From Gammaproteobacteria bacterium (GTDB lineage Bacteria; Pseudomonadota; Gammaproteobacteria; Pseudomonadales; DSM-25080): DNA of 36,783 nt. Both the position numbers and the translations under genes were made by a program. Of the stretch, positions 1 to 10,089 are shown one piece after another (position 1 is the stretch's first letter; each line of letters opens with the position of its first letter). Where the stretch lies: assembly GCA_013372965.1 (NCBI GenBank), contig JABXIR010000078.1, forward strand, positions 1 to 36,783. The letters run 5' to 3'. Below the pieces are notes generated by a model that was not told the origin of the DNA, ran no database searches, and worked only from the letters and a program-made list of their open reading frames with translations.

Positions 1-18
1 TACATTAAATAGATCCCC

Positions 19-47
19 TTGCTTATGCGCCCTCGCTTCCATAACAT
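19..47 (+). promoter_or_regulatory. Putative sigma70 promoter of putP
   Basis: TTGCTT (19-24), 17-nt spacer, TAACAT (42-47), about 70 nt upstream of the putP ATG. Confidence 0.45.
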
Positions 48-117
48 AGAAAGCCACATCGATGTCACTCATCATAACTATAATAAACGATCTGGATGAT
101 CCTACTGAGGCCCGTTA

Positions 118-1581
118 ATGGACATTTACACCCTCATTTCAATTTCCGCCTATTTCATCGCAATGCTCGGTATTGGACTGTACGCTTACCGCAATACTGA
201 AACCGATGTAGAAGGCTACCTCCTGGGTGGACGTCAACTTTCACCCGCAGTCACTGCATTATCCGCGGGTGCATCGGACATGAGCGGCTGGATCTTAATG
301 GGGCTTCCTGGTGCCATGTACATCAACGGCTTGTCATCGGCTTGGATTGCCATCGGCTTAGTCATCGGTGCGTATTTTAATTACCTGATTGTCGCGCCGC
401 GACTAAGACGTTTCTCAGAGCTCGCAAACGATGCGGTGACCATCCCCGACTACCTAAGTAATCGACTGAAGCCCGAAGGAAAATCGCTTCGAGCCGTCGC
501 TGCCGTCGTCGTTATTGTCTTCTTCACCCTCTACACCTCCGCGGGGCTGGTCGCGGGTGGAAAGCTATTCGAGTCAGCCTTCGGTCAAAGTTACGAACTC
601 GGAATTTTACTTACGGTTGGTGTCGTCGTTGTCTACACCCTAATTGGCGGCTTCCTCGCCGTCAGTATGACTGACTTCGTGCAAGGCTGTATCATGCTCG
701 TCGCATTAATTGTAGTACCAATAGTTGCTATATTTGATGTGCAAGATGTCAGTGCAACGTTAACGAGCATCGACCCGTCCATGCTGTCCCTAACCAGTAA
801 TCTCGGCATCATGGCGATCATTTCGAGTATGGCGTGGGGTCTGGGATATTTTGGACAACCGCATATCATCGTTCGATTCATGGCAATTCGATCGGTCGAA
901 GACATTCCAACGGCACGTCGAATTGGCATCAGCTGGATGATTCTCTCAGTAAGCGGTGCTTTGTGTGTTGGCTTAGTCGGCCGTGCCTATGTGATGCAAC
1001 ATAATCTCACCTTAGCCGATCCGGAAACGATCTTTATCCTGCTTTCACAAATTATGTTCCACCCTCTGGTTGCCGGCATTCTGCTATCGGCAATTCTTGC
1101 CGCCATCATGAGCACCATCAGTTCGCAGCTCCTAGTATCCGCAAGTTCGCTATCCGAAGATCTCTATCACAGATTATTCAAACGCGAAGCGAGCCAACGC
1201 GAAGTCGTTATCGTTGGTCGCGCGGCCGTCTTAGGCGTCAGTGCCGTAGCAGCTTACTTGGCCCTAAACCCAGACGAAACCATTCTCGGACTCGTCGCCA
1301 ACGCTTGGGCAGGCTTCGGTGCGGCATTTGGACCCGTGATCATTCTCTCACTGGTATGGTCGAAATTAACCTATCATGGGGCGGTGAGTGCAATGATTGC
1401 AGGCGCTGTAACCGTTTTATGGTGGTCTTCGTCATCTCTCACCATTAACGATCAGGTGCTGTCGTCATGGCTCTACGAAATTGTGCCGGGCTTCATTGTC
1501 GCGATGTTAGCTGCGCTGATCGTCAGTCGCTTCACGGCACGACCATCGCACAACATCGATCACTTTTTCAGCACGCGTTAA
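118..1581 (+). CDS. putP: Sodium/proline symporter (SSS family)
   Basis: 487 aa, multi-TM. PutP motifs YLLGGR, ALSAGASDMSGWILMGLPG, WGLGYFGQPHI.VRFMA, AWAGFGAAFGP, LYEIVPGF. Confidence 0.93.
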   Translation: MDIYTLISISAYFIAMLGIGLYAYRNTETDVEGYLLGGRQLSPAVTALSAGASDMSGWILMGLPGAMYINGLSSAWIAIGLVIGAYFNYLIVAPRLRRFSELANDAVTIPDYLSNRLKPEGKSLRAVAAVVVIVFFTLYTSAGLVAGGKLFESAFGQSYELGILLTVGVVVVYTLIGGFLAVSMTDFVQGCIMLVALIVVPIVAIFDVQDVSATLTSIDPSMLSLTSNLGIMAIISSMAWGLGYFGQPHIIVRFMAIRSVEDIPTARRIGISWMILSVSGALCVGLVGRAYVMQHNLTLADPETIFILLSQIMFHPLVAGILLSAILAAIMSTISSQLLVSASSLSEDLYHRLFKREASQREVVIVGRAAVLGVSAVAAYLALNPDETILGLVANAWAGFGAAFGPVIILSLVWSKLTYHGAVSAMIAGAVTVLWWSSSSLTINDQVLSSWLYEIVPGFIVAMLAALIVSRFTARPSHNIDHFFSTR

Positions 1582-1659
1582 GCGGATTGTGACTTGGGCG
1601 TCTTTTTGGATTTTTGGTTAGAAACCGACTATGCTTAAGGCGTCCACGGAGGAAAACCC

Positions 1660-1932
1660 ATGAGTAACGTCGTATCAATTAGTTGCAAACACGCCCAAAG
1701 CGCAAGACGGCTTCAGTTTGCGACGCGCATTATTGAACTTCGATCGTTCATGGATGAGCTCGCAGAGTTTATCGATCATGAGGAAAACCTGCCTCCCAAC
1801 GAGCTCATCAGCTTGCAAAAGCTGCTTCTCGACTGCTGTGAAGCGCTAGATAAACGCTCTCCTCAAGCCATCCGATCGGTTATTGCAAGGAAAGACCTCT
1901 TCTCGCAGTTTCAAAATCAACGATCCCTCTAA
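1660..1932 (+). CDS. Small hypothetical helical protein (90 aa)
   Basis: GGAGG RBS upstream of the ATG, fills the intergenic gap, no recognisable motif. Confidence 0.65.
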   Translation: MSNVVSISCKHAQSARRLQFATRIIELRSFMDELAEFIDHEENLPPNELISLQKLLLDCCEALDKRSPQAIRSVIARKDLFSQFQNQRSL

Positions 1933-2027
1933 ATTCATTCGCGAATTTAAACACGGCAATGCCTGACGCCTTTTTGAAATTCTGATAATCTTCTCGACTA
2001 CGTTAAAAACAACCGCGAGAACACCTC

Positions 2028-2588
2028 ATGTCGGCTATTGATTATGCAGCACTTCCCATCGCTCCTGTTTGGAGACGCTATGCAGCGCTCGCTTATGACG
2101 CTTTACTGTTGATGGCAATTAGCTTGGGCTACTTTGGCTTAGTGACGGCTGTCTATTACGCCTTGGGAATCACGACCGAGGAAACAGGGTATCAAGTCTC
2201 TTACGATAAGGTGACAGGCTTTATCGTTTTTCTCCTTTGGATCGTTTTGATGGTGGCATTTTTCGGTTGGTTCTGGCGCCGAAATGGCCAAACTCTGGGC
2301 ATGCAAGCTTGGAAAATTCGAGTTCAGGCGCCTTCAGGCGACTTCATCAACTGGCGACAAGTTGTTTTACGATGTACGACAAGCCTATCGGCGATCGCTG
2401 TGTATCTGCTTCTCAATGCTTTATCGCTAGAAATTCACTGGAGCATCGCAGCAGCTGTTGCGCTTGCAAGTATGATTCCTCTTCCGTGGACGAGCGGCTT
2501 AGCGATCAATGACTCACTCAGTCACAGTCGAGTTGTGCAAGTTCCGAAAGACCAGCGGATTGGCAAAAAGAGCGGCGGCGTTTTTTGA
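2028..2588 (+). CDS. RDD family membrane protein
   Basis: WRRYAALAYD, GQTLGMQAWKIRV and D.LS.SRVV motifs; convergent with lptG, as in pseudomonad-type synteny. Confidence 0.88.
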   Translation: MSAIDYAALPIAPVWRRYAALAYDALLLMAISLGYFGLVTAVYYALGITTEETGYQVSYDKVTGFIVFLLWIVLMVAFFGWFWRRNGQTLGMQAWKIRVQAPSGDFINWRQVVLRCTTSLSAIAVYLLLNALSLEIHWSIAAAVALASMIPLPWTSGLAINDSLSHSRVVQVPKDQRIGKKSGGVF

Positions 2589-2596
2589 CCCTCGCT

Positions 2597-3664
2597 CTAT
2601 TTCGCCCGCCTCAATAAATACAGGCCGATCACAAGACAAATCATAATCGGTATGGAAACCGCTAATATGGCTGGCAGACCAAACACCAAGCTTACCGGAC
2701 CAAGAATGTACTGAAGCGTCGAGAATGCAATTCCAGCAACAATGCCGGTAAAAATGCGGAACCCCATCGTGACCTGGCGAAGCGGACCAAACACAAACGA
2801 GATGGCGATAAACACTAGGCTAATGCTGGCGATGGGCTGCAAGACTTTCTGCCAGAATGCCAGTTTGTATGCGCTCGCATCTAATGATTGATCTTCAAGG
2901 TAGTTTGCATAGTAATAAAGATCTCGAATACTCAAGTTATCTTCATCGGCCGCGACAATCTGCATGACGCGTGGTGACATTTCTGATCGCCATTTCATTT
3001 CATCGACGACCTCGGTGGTCGTTTCTGTTTCACCAATGTGAGTGACGTGAGTCTGTTGGAGTAACCACTCATCGCGAATATAAATCGCTTCTTCAGAGTA
3101 GCTAATTCGCTGAAGCCGATCGTCCTCAAACTCGAATCGGACGATGCCGTAAAGCTTACCCGAAGGTAATACGGTACCCACACGAAAGAACTCACTTCCC
3201 TCTTTCCCCCAGAAACCATTATCACTGGCTTCCAAAGCAACGCGTTCGGCCGGCATACGCTTGAGATCGCGATTCGCTTCTGCAATGAGCTCAAGCGGGG
3301 ATGCAATGTATTCAGCGATGAGCATTCCCGTGATAATCACAGCAAGAGCGCCGCGCATGGCATACCACCCTAAACGTCGAACGGATATACCCGACGCACG
3401 CATCACGGTTAGTTCACTCGTCGACGCTAACTGCCCTAAACCGAACAACACGCCGATCAATACCGCAAAGGGCACCGCCGTAACAAGCTTCTTCGGTGCA
3501 AGATACAGGGTGTATTCGAGCACGGCTAGAAAGTTGTAATCGCCGCGCATAGAGTCCGCTTGATCAACAACGGTGGTGACTAAATCGAGCGCGGCGACGG
3601 CCAATAATACAACCGCCGAGGCTTTGAGCACACTGCTCGAAATATACTGTCGAATCAATCTCAT
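2597..3664 (-). CDS. lptG: LPS export ABC transporter permease LptG
   Basis: LGQLASTSELTVMRASGIS and FVFGPLR motifs; 4-bp overlap with lptF. Confidence 0.93.
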   Translation of the reverse strand: MRLIRQYISSSVLKASAVVLLAVAALDLVTTVVDQADSMRGDYNFLAVLEYTLYLAPKKLVTAVPFAVLIGVLFGLGQLASTSELTVMRASGISVRRLGWYAMRGALAVIITGMLIAEYIASPLELIAEANRDLKRMPAERVALEASDNGFWGKEGSEFFRVGTVLPSGKLYGIVRFEFEDDRLQRISYSEEAIYIRDEWLLQQTHVTHIGETETTTEVVDEMKWRSEMSPRVMQIVAADEDNLSIRDLYYYANYLEDQSLDASAYKLAFWQKVLQPIASISLVFIAISFVFGPLRQVTMGFRIFTGIVAGIAFSTLQYILGPVSLVFGLPAILAVSIPIMICLVIGLYLLRRAK

Positions 3665-4737
3665 GCTTGAGCCCTCGCAACGCGCTTCATCTCGCGTTCA
3701 GGTGAAATCAAGAGCCACCAACCCAGTGCTAAAAAGCACAGATGTATCCACCACATACCCAACCAAGTTGGTATCTTTTCATCCTCAATCGCAGATTGCG
3801 AGGCACTGATGAGTACGAGATACACGAGGAACAACAGTATCCCAGGAACCAACTTGGCATATTTACCCGAGCGTGGGTTAGTGCGTCCCAAGCTCATCGC
3901 TAACAGGGTCATAATCGGTACCATCAAGACGATGGATAGACGGTAGTGAAGTGTTGCCACATGCTCAACCCCGCCGGCGCGAATTAAATCGGGTGTTGAC
4001 CACGTTTTTAGTTTACCGATTTCTTCCTCGACTTCGCGATCTGGTATGAGAATGCCATGGGACTCGAAACTGATAATCTGCCCGCCAGATGTTCCTGGTG
4101 AAAAATCGTAGCGCTGGCCGTCTCTGAAGACAACGTATCTGCGTCCGTCCAATCGGACTTCATTTGCAACCGGCGCCGTCATCACAAACGGTGTTCCGTG
4201 TCGGTTGAGCGATGCAAGAAACACGCGCGATAGCTCACCTTCTTCGACCGCCTCGCTGTATACAACGTTTTCGCGACCGCTGATATTCAAAAAGCGTCCA
4301 GGAGCCAGCCGATCAATTTCGGAGCGGGCACTCTGCTCCGCGAGGATGACGTTCGCTTCACGCAAGCCTCTCGGTCCGAGATCAAAACTGACCAAGCCGA
4401 CTAACACGGTGACCAATAAGGCGGGTACCATCACCCACCAAGTAAACTGCTTTTGGCTCGTTCCGGTGGCAAAAAGAATCGTCGCCTCCGACTCCATATA
4501 CATTCGCCCAACCACCAGCATTACACCGAGAAACAGTGACAACGGAAGAATAATCTCAAGACTTGCGGGAATCCGATAAAGAATAATCCAAATGAGCACA
4601 TCGGCGTCGTACAAACCCGCTGCAGCCCTTGAAAGATAGCGGGCGAGCGAATTACTGACCACAATCAGTAGTAGCGTTAAGGCCACCGCAAAAAACGATG
4701 TTAATATCTCTTTCGAGATGAATCGGAATAGAATCAC
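3661..4737 (-). CDS. lptF: LPS export ABC transporter permease LptF
   Basis: GTG start, MILFRFI..E, GRMY.ESE, TNPRSG.Y; divergent from pepA. Confidence 0.92.
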   Translation of the reverse strand: MILFRFISKEILTSFFAVALTLLLIVVSNSLARYLSRAAAGLYDADVLIWIILYRIPASLEIILPLSLFLGVMLVVGRMYMESEATILFATGTSQKQFTWWVMVPALLVTVLVGLVSFDLGPRGLREANVILAEQSARSEIDRLAPGRFLNISGRENVVYSEAVEEGELSRVFLASLNRHGTPFVMTAPVANEVRLDGRRYVVFRDGQRYDFSPGTSGGQIISFESHGILIPDREVEEEIGKLKTWSTPDLIRAGGVEHVATLHYRLSIVLMVPIMTLLAMSLGRTNPRSGKYAKLVPGILLFLVYLVLISASQSAIEDEKIPTWLGMWWIHLCFLALGWWLLISPEREMKRVARAQA

Positions 4738-4827
4738 GTAAAAATGGTTCGTTGTCGTTTAAAGATGACGTAAACTATACCTTTAATTGACACAAATGTT
4801 GACCCAATATTTTTAGAGAGAGTAGCA

Positions 4828-6300
4828 ATGCAATTTACCGCCAAAAGCTGTGCAGCAGAGCAACATTCCACCGAACTTGCCATCGTAGGCGTTCGCCCTG
4901 AACAACCACTTTCAAACGATGCCAAATTACTCGATGACGCGAGCAACGGCTTAATTAGTGCCGTCATCAAATCGGGCGACTTTAAAGCAGGCAACGGTGA
5001 AACCCTTTTACTCCAAACCCCTTCAAGTGAGGCTAAGCGAGTGTTACTCGTTGGCGCGGGCGAGAAAGATGACTCTGCCTCTCTCAAAAAGGCCTTGAGC
5101 GCCATGGCCGATGCGGCGCTTAATGCCAATGCGCCTGAAGCAACCTTGTTTATCGATGAGCTTCTTGGCGACGAATACGACGCAGAGCGCGCCGAAATGG
5201 TCGCCCACGCGTTCATTTACAACGGCTATCGTTTTGATGACCACAAAAGCGAGCCAAAAGCGCCATCCAAACTAGAGCACATCGTTCTTAGCGTGAAAGC
5301 GTCAGAACTCGAGCTCATGGATGCGGCTCTCAATGAAGGTGCTATCATCGCATCGGGTGTCAATGTAGCGCGAACGCTCGCTAACGAGCCAGGCAATGTC
5401 GTGACGCCGGTCTACCTGTCCGCCCGTGCTCAGGAAATGGCCGAGGTCAACGATAAGCTAACCACCAAGGTACTGGGCATGGAAGAAATGGAAGCGCTCG
5501 GTATGGGTGCCTTCATTTCAGTTGCGAAAGGCTCCGTGATCCCAGGTCAGCTAATCGTTATGGAATACCGTAACGGTCAAGCCGACGATGCCCCTTATGC
5601 GCTCGTCGGCAAGGGCATCACGTTCGATACGGGCGGCATTAGTCTGAAACCAGGCGCTGGGATGGACGAAATGAAATTCGACATGGGCGGCGCGGCCTGC
5701 GTATTCGGCACACTAGAAGCCGTCATCGACATGGAACTGCCCATCAACTTGATCTGTGTTGTCGCCGCGGCTGAAAACATGCCAGCCGGCAATGCATCCA
5801 AGCCAGGTGACATTGTGAAGACCATGAGTGGTCAAACTGTTGAGATTCTCAACACCGACGCAGAAGGTCGTTTAGTATTGTGTGACGCGCTCACCTACAC
5901 CATCGAAAACTACCACCCTCGCGCAGTTGTCGACATCGCTACGTTAACCGGCGCATGTGTGATCGCCCTGGGTCATCACGCATCAGGCCTGTATTCCAAC
6001 GACGACGATCTAGCCGACGATCTTCTCTCCAGCGGAGAAGAAATGGGGGATCGTGCATGGCGTATGCCATTGTGGGATGAGTACCAGCCTCAGTTAAACA
6101 CCAACTTCGCAGACATGGCCAATATCGGTGGCAAAGAAGCAGGTTCGGTCACTGCGGCATGCTTCCTATCTCGTTTTGTCGGCGACACTCCTTGGGCTCA
6201 CCTTGACATCGCAGGCTCGGCCTGGGTAAGTGGTGCCAAAAAAGGCGCAACGGGTCGACCGGTAAAACTACTCGCAGACTGGCTTCGCAAAGCCTCCTAA
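4828..6300 (+). CDS. pepA: Leucyl aminopeptidase (M17)
   Basis: VGKGITFDTGG, MKFDMGG, NTDAEGRL, WAHLDIAG. Confidence 0.96.
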   Translation: MQFTAKSCAAEQHSTELAIVGVRPEQPLSNDAKLLDDASNGLISAVIKSGDFKAGNGETLLLQTPSSEAKRVLLVGAGEKDDSASLKKALSAMADAALNANAPEATLFIDELLGDEYDAERAEMVAHAFIYNGYRFDDHKSEPKAPSKLEHIVLSVKASELELMDAALNEGAIIASGVNVARTLANEPGNVVTPVYLSARAQEMAEVNDKLTTKVLGMEEMEALGMGAFISVAKGSVIPGQLIVMEYRNGQADDAPYALVGKGITFDTGGISLKPGAGMDEMKFDMGGAACVFGTLEAVIDMELPINLICVVAAAENMPAGNASKPGDIVKTMSGQTVEILNTDAEGRLVLCDALTYTIENYHPRAVVDIATLTGACVIALGHHASGLYSNDDDLADDLLSSGEEMGDRAWRMPLWDEYQPQLNTNFADMANIGGKEAGSVTAACFLSRFVGDTPWAHLDIAGSAWVSGAKKGATGRPVKLLADWLRKAS

Positions 6301-6771
6301 ATGAGCACAGCGGTCAGTTTTTACATCCTACCCAGTAGCGACGAATCGTCGCTACTGGCGTTTGCTGCCTATCTTAGCGTCAAATCTTGGAGAAGTGGTC
6401 AGCATCCACACATCCATTGCGAAGATGAAGCTCATGCCGAGCAATTCAGACACGCAATACATCAGTTACAATCTCCAACACTCATGCCCCTAGAGCTCGG
6501 TACTGCCGACGTAGTTCACGGTGCAACCATTGGCTGGATTGACGAACATATTCCCCTCGCGGGTAACTCCATCATCTTTAATCTCAGTAATGAGATCGTT
6601 AAAGCATTCAGTCGCTTTGATCGACTCGTCGAGATCACCGATAAAGTAGAACAACGTGTTCAAGCTAAACGTGCCCTCTTCCGCTTTTATAAGGATCGCA
6701 ACTACCCGCTGCAATCTCACACGATTGAATGGCACCAACTTAACCGCGTTATACCACCGCAAACCGTGTAA
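6301..6771 (+). CDS. holC: DNA polymerase III chi subunit
   Basis: V.FYIL, FSRFDRLVEI, R..FRFYK...Y; lies between pepA and valS. Confidence 0.85.
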   Translation: MSTAVSFYILPSSDESSLLAFAAYLSVKSWRSGQHPHIHCEDEAHAEQFRHAIHQLQSPTLMPLELGTADVVHGATIGWIDEHIPLAGNSIIFNLSNEIVKAFSRFDRLVEITDKVEQRVQAKRALFRFYKDRNYPLQSHTIEWHQLNRVIPPQTV

Positions 6772-6897
6772 AACCCTCGATCTCACTGTTATAAATTTTC
6801 ACGAACTGCGTTATACTCGCGCGATATCAACTATTTTAGACACCTTGCGGATCGGGCGATTTTGCTGAGCGCCGCAAAGGCGACAATTTGAGGCAAC

Positions 6898-9654
6898 ATG
6901 GATACGACGTACCAACCATCCGATATCGAACAACGACTCTACGAGGCTTGGGAAAGCGCAGGCTACTTTAAGCCTTCAGGCACCGGCTCCCCGTACACCA
7001 TTATGATTCCGCCACCGAATGTCACCGGTAGCTTGCACATGGGTCACGGTTTCCAAGACACTATCATGGACGTGTTAATTCGATACCATCGTATGAAAGG
7101 CTGCGACACCTTGTGGCAACCTGGTACCGATCACGCAGGTATCGCCACTCAAATGGTGGTTGAGCGCCAGTTACTCGAACAGAACACCACTCGCCATGAA
7201 TTGGGTCGTGAGGCGTTTATCGACAAAATTTGGGACTGGAAAGAACAATCGGGTGGAACCATCACGAAACAGCTTCGCCGTCTAGGTGCGTCACCCGACT
7301 GGAGTCGCGAGCGTTTCACCATGGATCCTGGCCTCAGTAAGGCCGTTCAAGAAGTCTTCGTACAATTGTTCGAGCAAGGCTTAATCTACCGTGGCAAACG
7401 ACTCGTAAACTGGGACCCTAAGCTTCACACAGCCATCTCAGACCTCGAAGTCATCTCCGAGGAAGAGAAAGGCTCAATGTGGCATTTCAGCTACCCCCTC
7501 GCAGACGGATCAGGCTCGATCACCGTAGCAACAACACGCCCAGAAACGATGCTAGGCGATACCTGTGTCGCTGTTCACCCAGACGACGAACGATACCAAC
7601 ATCTCGTTGGCAAAATGATCTTATTGCCGATTGCTAATCGTGAAATCCCGATTGTCGCCGATGAGTATGTCGAAAAAGACTTCGGTACCGGCTGTGTCAA
7701 AATCACGCCAGCGCATGACTTCAACGATTACGAAGTGGGCAAACGTCATGATATGCCGCTTATCAATATTCTGGATAAGAATGCCTGCCTCAATGAAAAC
7801 ACACCTGCCGACTACCAGGGTTTATCACGCGAAGATGCGCGCAAAAAAGTCATCGCTGATCTCGACGCGCTCGGTCTCATGGTTAAGATTGAAGATCACA
7901 CCTTGAAAGTTCCGCGCGGTGATCGCTCAGGGGTCGTCATCGAACCATGGCTAACGGATCAGTGGTACGTTGACGCTAAGACGCTCGCAGGCCCTGCCAT
8001 AGAGGCCGTCGAGTCAGGTGATATTCAATTCGTACCTAAGAACTGGGAGAATACTTACTTTGCTTGGATGCGTGACATTCAGGACTGGTGTATCTCTCGC
8101 CAGCTATGGTGGGGGCACCGTATCCCAGCTTGGTACGACGAACAAGGTAACGTTTTTGTTGGGCGTTCGGAAGAGGAAGTTAGAGCCAAGCACAATCTCG
8201 GTGACACCCCTCTTCACCAAGACGATGACGTTTTGGATACTTGGTTTTCGTCCGCACTGTGGACCTTCTCGACGTTGGGCTGGCCTGAATCGACTGCCGA
8301 GCTCGAGCGATATCACCCGACGAGCGTGTTAGTCACCGGCTTCGATATCATATTCTTCTGGGTTGCGCGTATGATCATGATGACGCTGCATTTCAAAAAA
8401 GAAGTTCCCTTCAAAACGGTCTACGTACACGGTCTTGTTCGTGATGCCGAGGGCCAGAAGATGTCGAAGTCGAAAGGCAACGTACTCGATCCAATCGATC
8501 TAATCGACGGTATCGATCTGGACACCCTCGTCTCCAAGCGAACTACCGGTCTTATGCAACCTAAAATGCGAGCGAAGGTCGAGAAGAAAACCCGCAAAGA
8601 ATTCCCAGAGGGCATCGCTTCCTACGGCACGGACGCATTGCGTTTTACGTACCTGTCACTCGCGTCAACGGGCCGCGATATTAAGTTCGACATGGGTCGC
8701 ATCGAGGGTTACAGAAACTTCTGTAATAAAATTTGGAACGCTGCTCGCTACGTGTTAATGAACACTGAAGGCCACGACTGCGGCCAAACAGGTAACTCAG
8801 TACAGTTGAGCGTCGCCGATCGTTGGATCTTATCGCGCTTAGAACACACCCAAGAAGCCGTTGCCAAAGCCATTAGTGAGTACCGATTCGACCTCGCTAG
8901 CCAATCACTATACGAATTCATTTGGAATGAATACTGTGATTGGTACCTTGAGCTTTCCAAGCCCGTTTTATGGGATGACAACAGCAGCGAAGAGCAACTT
9001 CGTGGTACGCGTCAGACACTCGTCAAAGCGTTAGAAACGGCGTTGCGCCTGGCTCACCCGTTCATGCCATTTATTACTGAGGAAATTTGGCAAAAACTAA
9101 AAGCTCTAGCAGGCGTTGAAGGCGATACCATCATGTTAGCGGCCTATCCGGAGTTTAACTCGGCTAATGTTGATACGGACGCCGAAAGTGACATTGAGTG
9201 GCTCAAGAGCTTTATCGAAGGTATTCGAACCATTCGCGGCGAGATGAATATTGCACCAAGCAAGGCGATCCCTGTATTGGTGAAAGACGCCTCGAGTCAA
9301 GACGTCGCTCGCATCGAGCAATACAGTAACTTCCTCATCAAGCTGGCAAAACTTGAAGCGGTCCAAATCGCAGACGACAACCCACCATTGAGTGCAACGG
9401 CTCTCGTTGGCGACATGTCAATTCTGGTACCCATGGCTGGATTAATTGATGTAAATGCCGAAATAGCTCGCTTAGAAAAAGACCTCGCCAAGCTCGATAA
9501 TGAAATTACTCGCTTATCAGGTAAATTATCGAATGAAGGCTTCGTCGCGAAAGCACCGGCTGCCGTGATCGACAAAGAACGAGAAAAGCTCGCCATTGCC
9601 ACGGATGCAAAGTCGAAAATCGACGACCAAATTCAATCACTAAGACAGATATAG
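6898..9654 (+). CDS. valS: Valine--tRNA ligase
   Basis: [13 protein letters not shown] (HIGH), [18 protein letters not shown]-terminal coiled coil; 918 aa. Confidence 0.98.
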   Translation: MDTTYQPSDIEQRLYEAWESAGYFKPSGTGSPYTIMIPPPNVTGSLHMGHGFQDTIMDVLIRYHRMKGCDTLWQPGTDHAGIATQMVVERQLLEQNTTRHELGREAFIDKIWDWKEQSGGTITKQLRRLGASPDWSRERFTMDPGLSKAVQEVFVQLFEQGLIYRGKRLVNWDPKLHTAISDLEVISEEEKGSMWHFSYPLADGSGSITVATTRPETMLGDTCVAVHPDDERYQHLVGKMILLPIANREIPIVADEYVEKDFGTGCVKITPAHDFNDYEVGKRHDMPLINILDKNACLNENTPADYQGLSREDARKKVIADLDALGLMVKIEDHTLKVPRGDRSGVVIEPWLTDQWYVDAKTLAGPAIEAVESGDIQFVPKNWENTYFAWMRDIQDWCISRQLWWGHRIPAWYDEQGNVFVGRSEEEVRAKHNLGDTPLHQDDDVLDTWFSSALWTFSTLGWPESTAELERYHPTSVLVTGFDIIFFWVARMIMMTLHFKKEVPFKTVYVHGLVRDAEGQKMSKSKGNVLDPIDLIDGIDLDTLVSKRTTGLMQPKMRAKVEKKTRKEFPEGIASYGTDALRFTYLSLASTGRDIKFDMGRIEGYRNFCNKIWNAARYVLMNTEGHDCGQTGNSVQLSVADRWILSRLEHTQEAVAKAISEYRFDLASQSLYEFIWNEYCDWYLELSKPVLWDDNSSEEQLRGTRQTLVKALETALRLAHPFMPFITEEIWQKLKALAGVEGDTIMLAAYPEFNSANVDTDAESDIEWLKSFIEGIRTIRGEMNIAPSKAIPVLVKDASSQDVARIEQYSNFLIKLAKLEAVQIADDNPPLSATALVGDMSILVPMAGLIDVNAEIARLEKDLAKLDNEITRLSGKLSNEGFVAKAPAAVIDKEREKLAIATDAKSKIDDQIQSLRQI

Positions 9655-9700
9655 TGGCTGAGTAAATTTTGATAACTACAGTCCGCGCTGATCCAGCACG

Positions 9701-9740
9701 GAACAAAAAAAGCCCGCGAAAACCGCGGGCTTTTTCGTTC
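9701..9740. terminator. Bidirectional intrinsic terminator between valS and the TonB-dependent receptor
   Basis: A7-GCCCGCG-AAAAC-CGCGGGC-T5: GC stem flanked by A and T tracts, between convergent genes. Confidence 0.9.
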
Positions 9741-9753
9741 TTACGGAGACGTA

Positions 9754-10087
9754 ACAGCCGAAAGCCGCCACAAAAAATGCGCGACACGTGTCGCGCATGA
9801 TGGCTTTCTTTTGTCGGCCGGTTTCGAGCTAGCGCAAGGCGGAACCCCGGGCTGTTGCGGGAGCGTACATCAGGTACGTGACCGATACAGACTAGGTTCC
9901 AACAACGCGACAGCCGAAAGCAGTCACAAAAAATGCGCGACACGTGTCGCGCATGATGGCTTTCTTTTGTCGACCGGTTTCGAGCTAGCGCTAGGCGGAA
10001 CCACAGACTGTTGAGGGAGCGTACTTTAGGTACGTGACCGATACAGACCAAGTTCCAACAACGCGAAAGCCGAAAGCAGTCACAAAA
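9754..10087. repeat. 156-bp tandem repeat (2 full copies plus 22 nt), palindrome-rich, REP/MITE-like
   Basis: Units start at 9754, 9910 and 10066. I counted 12 substitutions in 156 nt between copies 1 and 2. Each copy has the perfect 22-bp palindrome ATGCGCGACACGTGTCGCGCAT (9777-9798, 9933-9954). Confidence 0.92.
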
Positions 10088-10089
10088 GC

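Noticed and set aside
9811-10014. 67-aa ORF inside the repeat
   Set aside because: TTG start with no RBS, downstream of the valS terminator, entirely repeat-derived
9754-10087. CRISPR array interpretation of the repeat
   Set aside because: Sequences between the palindromes are near-identical rather than unique spacers, the 156-nt period is too long, and there are no cas genes
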